A stretch of DNA of 64,000 nt, taken from assembly GCA_965279315.1 (NCBI GenBank), contig OZ257145.1:2819530-2883529 (forward strand), written 5' to 3'. This DNA is from Alphaproteobacteria bacterium (lineage in GTDB: Bacteria; Pseudomonadota; Alphaproteobacteria; Micavibrionales; UBA2020). The position numbers and the translations under genes were made by a program. Positions 57,922-64,000 of this stretch are shown in pieces (position 1 is the stretch's first letter; each line of letters opens with the position of its first letter). The notes below the pieces were generated by a model. That model was not told the DNA's origin. It saw only the letters and a list, made by a program, of their open reading frames with translations, and ran no database searches.

Positions 57922-58611
57922 TTATGGTTTCGGTTTGGAAACACCCGATTTCGGCGGCTGGAACGCTGCGGGAACCTTGGTATTTTCCAGCTGGTGATGG
58001 TCGGTCATGATGCCGTTTTCGTATTCGAAGATGATCGGGGTCGCATTCGCGATGCGATGGCCCGATCCCCAGATTCCCTTTTTCGGGTCGGGAATTTCGA
58101 GGCCCATCACGACATCGAACGCATGCACGATTCCCGCATGTGCGGCGACCAGTACCGTCTCGCCCCGCTCAACGCGCGGCAGGATTTCGTTGCGGTAAAA
58201 TTTCTCGACGCGCTGCACCACCTGCCAGTCGCTTTCGCCATTCGGCAGCGGCGTGATGTAGCTGCGCAGGTAACCCGTAATGCGCGGGTCATCCATATGC
58301 ATGCCCGTGAAATCGCCGGCGTCGCTTTCCATGATGACGGGGGATTGTTCGATCTCCCACACGCCATTTTTGTTGAGATGCGCGTTGTTTGCGGATGTTT
58401 CGAGCGCAAGCACGGCAGTATTAAATGCGCGGCTGAGCGTCGATGAATAAACCTTGTCAAACGCCAACGCACCGAGGCACAGCCCCGCTTCACGCGCCTG
58501 TTCTTCGCCGAGCGGCGTCAGCGGTGCGTCCGCCTGCCCCGTCATCAAATGCTGTTCGTTATATGTCGTTTGCCCGTGCCGGATCAGCACGAGTTTGCCC
58601 TTGATCGTCAT
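57922..58611 (-). CDS. histidine phosphatase family protein, paralog 2
   Basis: LIRHGQTTYN, AAHAG. Tail ..PPKSGVSKPKP. Confidence 0.85.
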   Translation of the reverse strand: MTIKGKLVLIRHGQTTYNEQHLMTGQADAPLTPLGEEQAREAGLCLGALAFDKVYSSTLSRAFNTAVLALETSANNAHLNKNGVWEIEQSPVIMESDAGDFTGMHMDDPRITGYLRSYITPLPNGESDWQVVQRVEKFYRNEILPRVERGETVLVAAHAGIVHAFDVVMGLEIPDPKKGIWGSGHRIANATPIIFEYENGIMTDHHQLENTKVPAAFQPPKSGVSKPKP

Positions 58612-58764
58612 TTTATCTGTGCCTTAGTCTTTTTCTTGATTATGGGCAATGTAACAGGTTTTCCTGCATAATGGAATACGGAAAACAATAATTTTAAGCC
58701 ATTGATATTACGTGTTACTTTTATGCCACTGGAAAGGTAAGGCCTTCAAATATCAGGGCAACAT

Positions 58765-58848
58765 CCCGCCCGCCTTAGGCAGCTTCGGCGGTGTGTTCTA
58801 GTTGGCCACTTCGAGTTCTTGGGGTTGTCGAGGCGGTATTGCGAACCG
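58765..58848 (-). pseudogene. decayed duplicate of the 3' end of a histidine phosphatase gene
   Basis: About 85 nt align by eye at roughly 80 percent identity to 59703-59790, the 3' end of paralog 3. The copy has an in-frame TAG and a 1 nt deletion. Confidence 0.55.
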
Positions 58849-58862
58849 GGTAGAAAAGATTT

Positions 58863-59648
58863 TTAGCCCGACGCCCACTCTATTTTATCAAATACTAAAT
58901 TTTTGACCGCGATATCCGGAGCAGCACCACGAATGAGGTCAAGAAGTTGCCTCTTCATTATCTGAAAGGGCTGTGATCCCGAGTGGTCTTGCTGATGAAT
59001 TTGTTCAGAGGCGTTGTCTAAAACTTTTGTTATCTGCGGCACAAGAGTTTGAAATAGTATTTGGTCCTCTTCCGTTTCCAGTTGAACTCTAAGTGACACT
59101 TTCCATGGACGTAATTTTTCAGGTGTGTTCGATGGTATTATGAATGCGGGAATGGAAACAAAAAATCCGTTATTAAAAGATATCCATGAAACTTCCTGAG
59201 AGTTGGGCTGACACTCTAGGATTGGTAGCTCCGGCGCGCTTTCTAATGCTAAAATCACCTTTTTTTGTGTCAGATTAGCCAGAAAATGCATGAAGCCGAC
59301 AATAGATTTTAAGTCATCTGCACAGGTCATCTCGTCTGGTGATAAATCAAACTCGATTTGGGAAGCATCATCCTTTGAGCCAAAAAAGTGACAACAAATT
59401 AAGAATTTTCCGATGGTGAAGGTAAGCATCGGACTTAAATGGGCACGTTTCTCAAAAATCTTTTCTACGCAATCCGGTATTTCAGTTGCCACGTTATCTT
59501 CGGTGTATATGGGCTGAGGGTCGAATCGCAGGATGGCGTCGAGGACTTTATTCCAAAGCTCTAGGTCTGTATCGAAGACATAGATATCCCGCAGTCCTCC
59601 ATCATACACGAAGTCAAGACTAGCGATTTTTTCCCAATCCAATGTCAT
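58863..59648 (-). CDS. hypothetical protein (261 aa) in an AT-rich, foreign-looking gene
   Basis: Uninterrupted ORF. Base composition is visibly AT-richer than the neighbours and codons are A/T-ending. No recognisable domain. Confidence 0.65.
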   Translation of the reverse strand: MTLDWEKIASLDFVYDGGLRDIYVFDTDLELWNKVLDAILRFDPQPIYTEDNVATEIPDCVEKIFEKRAHLSPMLTFTIGKFLICCHFFGSKDDASQIEFDLSPDEMTCADDLKSIVGFMHFLANLTQKKVILALESAPELPILECQPNSQEVSWISFNNGFFVSIPAFIIPSNTPEKLRPWKVSLRVQLETEEDQILFQTLVPQITKVLDNASEQIHQQDHSGSQPFQIMKRQLLDLIRGAAPDIAVKNLVFDKIEWASG

Positions 59649-59693
59649 ACGGCGGCATCGCCTTTGGTGGCTTTTAGGAACATGCCCCGAGAT

Positions 59694-60401
59694 TTAAGGA
59701 GAAACGCCGCCAGCCTTCGGCGGTTTCGGGGGCTTGTTCTGGTTGGCGGCCTCGAGTTCTTTGGGGTTGTCGAGGCGGTAGTGGCGCACCAGTTTGCCGT
59801 CTTCATATTCGGCAACCGTTGGCGTTGCGTTCGGCACGCGTGCCTTTTTCGTCCATCCTGCGTTGTCGGGCTGCGGTTGTTCCTGAAAACCCAGCACGAT
59901 GTCGAATGCGCGCATGATGCCGGAATGCGAAACGACCAATACCGTTTCACCGCGCGCGAGGCGCGGCTGCACTTCGGCATCGAAAAATTTCTGCACGCGG
60001 TCGACGACCTGCTGGTCGCTTTCGCCACCCGGCAGCGGCGTATCGAAGCGGCGGCCGTAATTCAAAATCTCCGGATCGGTCTTGTGGTTGCGCCCCGTAA
60101 AATCGCCGGTATGCAGTTCCGCGATTTCGGCGCGCTGCTCCACATCGTATTTGCCGTCTTTCAGCAGATGCGCCTGGTTGCCCGCGGTTTCCAGCGCGAG
60201 CGCCGCCGTGTTGAACGCGCGGCCGAGGTTGGAGGCGTAAGCCTTGTCGAACTGGAACACGCTGATCACGCGCCCGGCTTCCCGCGCCTGTTCCTCCCCC
60301 GTCGCGTTCAGCGGAATATCGCGCTGGCCGGTCATGAGGTGCTGGACGTTGTAATCGGTTTGTCCGTGGCGGAGGATGACGAGGGTGCCTTTGTTAGCCA
60401 T
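59694..60401 (-). CDS. histidine phosphatase family protein, paralog 3
   Basis: Start at MANKGTLVILRHGQTDYN, which overlaps the gpmA stop (ATGGCTAA). VSHSG. Tail ..NKPPKPPKAGGVSP. Confidence 0.85.
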   Translation of the reverse strand: MANKGTLVILRHGQTDYNVQHLMTGQRDIPLNATGEEQAREAGRVISVFQFDKAYASNLGRAFNTAALALETAGNQAHLLKDGKYDVEQRAEIAELHTGDFTGRNHKTDPEILNYGRRFDTPLPGGESDQQVVDRVQKFFDAEVQPRLARGETVLVVSHSGIMRAFDIVLGFQEQPQPDNAGWTKKARVPNATPTVAEYEDGKLVRHYRLDNPKELEAANQNKPPKPPKAGGVSP

Positions 60402-61011
60402 TCGCTGCTTTCTTGATGAAGTAATTCTTTTGCTTCTGCGCCTTGTCCATTTCGAACACCAGCGGCACGCCGGTCGGGATTTCCGCGCTGTTGATGTTTT
60501 CGGGCGTGTTTTCCTCGAGGATGATGAGCATCGCGCGGAGCGTGTTGCCATGCGCTGCCACCAGCACGTTTTTGCCTTCCTTCAGCAGCGGCTCGATATG
60601 CGCCTTGTAATACGGGCGCACGCGGTCAACCACATCCTTCAGGCTTTCGCCGTTGGGGGGCTGCACGTCATAGGAACGGCGCCAGATATGCACCTGCTCC
60701 TCGCCGAATTTTTTGCGCATCTCGTCCTTGTTCAGGCCGGTGAGGTCGCCGTAGTCGCGCTCGCGCAGGTCGTCGTCCTTGATGAAATCATGCTGCTGGC
60801 CTGCCTCTTTCATCGCAAGCGATGCGGTGTTGTAGGCGCGTTTCAGGGTGGAAGTGAAGACAGCGTCGAACTTGATGTTCTTCAGCGACTGGCCGGCGGA
60901 TTTCGCTTCCTCGATGCCGGTTGCGCTCAGGTCAACATCGGTGAAGCCGGTGAATTTGTTTTCCTTGTTCCATTCGCTTTCGCCATGGCGGAGCAGTACG
61001 AGGTAATTCAT
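60394..61011 (-). CDS. gpmA: 2,3-bisphosphoglycerate-dependent phosphoglycerate mutase (short form)
   Basis: LLRHGESEWNKENKFTG..D..L...G..EA; RSYD..PP.GESL.D...R; AAHGNTLRA. Confidence 0.9.
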   Translation of the reverse strand: MNYLVLLRHGESEWNKENKFTGFTDVDLSATGIEEAKSAGQSLKNIKFDAVFTSTLKRAYNTASLAMKEAGQQHDFIKDDDLRERDYGDLTGLNKDEMRKKFGEEQVHIWRRSYDVQPPNGESLKDVVDRVRPYYKAHIEPLLKEGKNVLVAAHGNTLRAMLIILEENTPENINSAEIPTGVPLVFEMDKAQKQKNYFIKKAANG

Positions 61012-61134
61012 TTTCAGGCCTCTTTTTCCAATGTTGTAAAGTTATGGTATATGCCGGACGGGTGTTTGACAACCTCAATCTGGCCGCTTTTTAACTAGCC
61101 AAATTCCCGTTGAATCACAACGACAATCGGGACA

Positions 61135-61303
61135 TTTCCCCACGAATGAACACGAATAAACACGAATGCGCGCCGCAGGCAATAAAGCATTGCACGCGGA
61201 GATCCGGAGGTCCGGAGGAGAAAGAAAGCCTGCGGCGCTACTTTCTTCTCCGGACCTCCGGATCTCCGCGTAAAAACTCTTCGCTTATTCGCGTTTAATC
61301 GTG
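61135..61303. repeat. palindromic repeat element, copy 2 (24 bp perfect core stem, extendable to 31 bp with one G-U)
   Basis: ACGCGGAGATCCGGAGGTCCGGAG / CTCCGGACCTCCGGATCTCCGCGT. Shares flanking blocks with copy 1 at 45485-45652. Confidence 0.75.
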
Positions 61304-61310
61304 AGCCAAA

Positions 61311-62360
61311 TTATTTCGCGACAATCGGTTTCCGGTATTTCGTTTTATACCGCTTGGCGAATTCCAGCGCGGGGCGTTCCAGCAGGAAATAGGAGAGACT
61401 GGCGGTGATGAGCGTCAGGACAATCGTGACCGGCAGCGTCACCGTCCAGTCGCGCCCGACAATCGTGTAGGCGGCAATCGGGTAATGATAAAGATAGATG
61501 CCGTAGGATATCCGCCCCAGATAGGCCGGCACGCGGCTGCCCAGCAATTTCACCGCCGCATTCGCATGATCGGTCATCACGGCATAGATCAGCAAAGCCG
61601 TGAAAATTTCCGTGACCGTCACGCCCAGCGCGAAAGACCACGATATGCGCGGCACCGCCGTCCACAGGCAGAGCAAAAACAGCCCGAAGAAAACGGCGAG
61701 CGGGATTTTGTAATCCGGCAGTTTGCCCCCGCCCTGCAAAAACGCCGCCACAAAACCGCCGAGGATCAGCCCGCTGATGCGGTAATCGAACCGCAGGTAC
61801 AGGGAATCCTTGAAATAGACGCAGCCAACCGCCTTCCACGCCAGCGACAGCAGGAACAGCCCGCCCAGTATCTTCGCCAGATGTTTCTTCTTCGCGCTGC
61901 GGCACAACAGCAGCAAAACGAAGGGCCAGATGATGTAATAATGCTCCTCGATCGCAATCGACCAGGTGTGCATGATGATCGATGTTTTCGGCATCCAGTC
62001 GAGCAGCAGCGCGACGTCGGTCAGGTAAAGCGCGGCGATGCCCGCATGGCGGTAATAATTCTGCGCCGCTGTCGGCGGGATGCCCAGCAAGCCCCAGAAC
62101 CCGATCAGCACCAGCAGCAATAACAGCAGCAGCGCCGGATACAGGCGGCAGATGCGGCGCAGGTAAAAGAACGGCAGGTTGATATGCCCTGTTTCTTCGT
62201 ATTCCTTCATCAGCAGCGTCGTGATGATAAAACCGCTGAGGACGAAGAATACATCCACCCCCAGATAGCCCGACCCCATGAATGGCACAGCCGTATGGAA
62301 CAGCATCACCAGCAGCACGGCGAAGGCGCGGATGCCATCGAGGGCTGGCGTGTATTTCAT
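61311..62360 (-). CDS. acyltransferase family 3 (OafA/YrhL-like) membrane protein
   Basis: LDGIRAFAVLLVMLFH...GYLGVDVFFVLSGF.IT; about 10 TM. Confidence 0.85.
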   Translation of the reverse strand: MKYTPALDGIRAFAVLLVMLFHTAVPFMGSGYLGVDVFFVLSGFIITTLLMKEYEETGHINLPFFYLRRICRLYPALLLLLLLVLIGFWGLLGIPPTAAQNYYRHAGIAALYLTDVALLLDWMPKTSIIMHTWSIAIEEHYYIIWPFVLLLLCRSAKKKHLAKILGGLFLLSLAWKAVGCVYFKDSLYLRFDYRISGLILGGFVAAFLQGGGKLPDYKIPLAVFFGLFLLCLWTAVPRISWSFALGVTVTEIFTALLIYAVMTDHANAAVKLLGSRVPAYLGRISYGIYLYHYPIAAYTIVGRDWTVTLPVTIVLTLITASLSYFLLERPALEFAKRYKTKYRKPIVAK

Positions 62361-62556
62361 GGAAGGGTTTTCTCCAGGGCTGGCGGCTTGTCTTTTCCGG
62401 ACAAGTTTAGCGAAGGAAACGGCAGGCTGAACGCAATTTTTGCAGTTTTCACCGGATATAGGGTTTTAGTTTACATATCTAGGCCATTTGGCTTTGACTT
62501 TCATCGGTATTAATGCGATTTATTCAATCGAAAATAAGGTGAAAAAGTAAGTAAAA

Positions 62557-62588
62557 GCCCCTTTTAGCAATCCTTATTGGCAAGGGGC
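62557..62588 (+). promoter_or_regulatory. hairpin in the pnp 5' leader (GCCCCTT...AAGGGGC with inner CAAT/ATTG pairing)
   Basis: Lies 20 nt upstream of the pnp ATG, just before the AAGGAAAG SD. A regulatory role is inferred only by analogy with pnp leader autoregulation in enterics. Confidence 0.25.
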
Positions 62589-62607
62589 GAATGTAAAGGA
62601 AAGACGA

Positions 62608-64000
62608 ATGTTCAATATCACGAAAAAAGAAATTAACTGGGCAGGCAAGAAACTGTCCTTTGAAACGGGCCGCATTGCCCGTCAGGCCGATGGCGCAGTC
62701 CTCGTGACCTATGGCGACACGACCGTGCTGGTGACTGCGGTCGCCGCGAAAACGGCAAAAGCGGGCCAGGACTTCTTCCCGCTGTCCGTCCACTACCAGG
62801 AAAAATACTTCGCAGCCGGCAAGATCCCCGGCGGCTTCTTCAAGCGCGAAGGCAAGCCGACGGAGCGCGACACCCTGATCTCGCGCCTGATCGACCGCCC
62901 CATCCGCCCGCTGTTCCCCAAAGGCTTCCTGAACGAAACGCAGATCATCGCGACCGTCCTGTCGTATGACCAGGTGCATGAGAGCGACATCTCCGCACTC
63001 TGCGCGGCTTCCGCGGCGCTCACCATCTCGGGCGTTCCCTTCATGGGCCCCGTGGGTGCTGCCCGCGTCGGTTACATCAACGACCAGCTGGTGCTGAACC
63101 CGACCATCGAGGAAATGAAAAACTCGAAACTCGACCTGATCGTTGCCGGTACCCGCGAAGGCGTGCTGATGGTTGAATCCGAAGCGCATGAACTTGACGA
63201 AGCGAAAATGCTCGAAGCTGTCATGTTCGGCTGGAAAGGCTTCCAGCCCGTCATCGACATGCAGATCGAACTGGCCGAAGCCTGCGCGAAAGACGCGTGG
63301 ATCCTGCCCGAAAAAGCATACGACGAAAAAGCGCTCGAGAAAAAAGTGCATGACCTCGTGGGCGAAGACTTCAAGGCCGCTTACGCAACCCGCGTGAAGC
63401 AGGAACGCGTCGCGAAACTCGACGCCGCCCGCGACAAGGCTGTCGAAGCCCTCGTGCCGAAAGACGACAAATCCGGCCCGATCACTTCGGCGCTCATTGA
63501 ATCGCTGTGCAAGCATGTCGAAGCCGACATCGTGCGCAACGGCATCCTCGACACCGGCAACCGCATCGACGGCCGCGACACGAAAACCGTCCGCGCCATC
63601 GTCTCGGAAGCAGGCTTCCTGCCCCGCGTCCACGGCTCGGCGCTGTTCACCCGCGGCGAAACGCAGGCTGTGGTTGTCACCACGCTCGGCACCGGCGACG
63701 ACGAACAGCTGATCGACGGCCTGCATGGCGAATCCCATGAAACCTTCATGCTGCACTACAACTTCCCTCCCTACTCGGTGGGTGAAGCTGGCCGCATGTC
63801 GGGTGCCGGCCGCCGCGAAATCGGCCACGGCAAGCTGGCATGGCGCGCAATCCGCCCCATGCTGCCGGAGAAAGAAAAATTCCCCTACACCATCCGCGTT
63901 GTCTCGGAAGTGACTGAATCGAACGGCTCGTCCTCGATGGCGACCGTTTGCGGCGGCGCGCTGTCCCTGATGGATGCGGGCGTTCCCCTGACCCGTCCCG
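62608..64000 (+). CDS. pnp: polyribonucleotide nucleotidyltransferase (PNPase), 5' portion
   Basis: [33 protein letters not shown]..., [28 protein letters not shown]. The frame is open to the window end. It is absent from the ORF track only because it has no stop. Confidence 0.95.
   Translation, partial: MFNITKKEINWAGKKLSFETGRIARQADGAVLVTYGDTTVLVTAVAAKTAKAGQDFFPLSVHYQEKYFAAGKIPGGFFKREGKPTERDTLISRLIDRPIRPLFPKGFLNETQIIATVLSYDQVHESDISALCAASAALTISGVPFMGPVGAARVGYINDQLVLNPTIEEMKNSKLDLIVAGTREGVLMVESEAHELDEAKMLEAVMFGWKGFQPVIDMQIELAEACAKDAWILPEKAYDEKALEKKVHDLVGEDFKAAYATRVKQERVAKLDAARDKAVEALVPKDDKSGPITSALIESLCKHVEADIVRNGILDTGNRIDGRDTKTVRAIVSEAGFLPRVHGSALFTRGETQAVVVTTLGTGDDEQLIDGLHGESHETFMLHYNFPPYSVGEAGRMSGAGRREIGHGKLAWRAIRPMLPEKEKFPYTIRVVSEVTESNGSSSMATVCGGALSLMDAGVPLTRP

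Noticed and set aside
59645-61098. ORFs 59645-60028 (-), 59664-60416 (+) and 60376-61098 (+) overlapping the phosphatase genes
   Set aside because: These are alternative-frame or antisense ORFs with Arg-rich composition. The phosphatase and gpmA frames carry the diagnostic RHG and HxG motifs.

Overview
This 64 kb window looks like an alphaproteobacterial chromosome, judged from gene content and synteny. The housekeeping backbone is very recognisable: mfd-sdhE/recG, miaB-phoH-ybeY-corC-lnt-XRE-metK-can-trmB, and rimP-nusA-infB-rbfA-truB-rpsO, with pnp further on. About 70 protein genes are supportable. I found no rRNA, tRNA or CRISPR array. GC-rich shadow ORFs lie antisense to nearly every real gene and were discarded. 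Lineage-specific material is interleaved with the backbone.

1. The strongest candidate for something undescribed is a head-to-tail array of small ORFs at 11.66-14.2 kb on the minus strand. Six of them end in the same C-terminal peptide module, ..V-A-T-h-x-x-G-x(4-6)-[AS]-A-P-[KRQ]-T-A-[RQT]-F-[KRT]-[KR]. Their middles are divergent, charged and coiled-coil-like. The array has ATGA translational coupling and two near-identical internal sigma70-like promoters.
2. Three tandem ADP-ribose-pyrophosphatase-like Nudix domains occur together. Two are fused into one protein, and one of those has a degenerate Nudix box.
3. A patatin-like phospholipase carries a long C-terminal extension and sits behind an AT-rich region.
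4. A second PhoH paralog lies between miaB and phoH.
5. A DUF559 (Vsr-like) endonuclease gene, bounded by about 42 bp inverted repeats, is wedged between rbfA and truB.
6. A roughly 165 bp palindromic repeat element is present in two copies.
7. About 10 kb of genes separates rpsO from pnp. This block contains three paralogous histidine phosphatases plus gpmA. The array is split by an AT-rich foreign-looking gene that is flanked by a decayed duplicate of a phosphatase 3' end.

Functional calls rest on motif and family recognition by eye. No database search was run.
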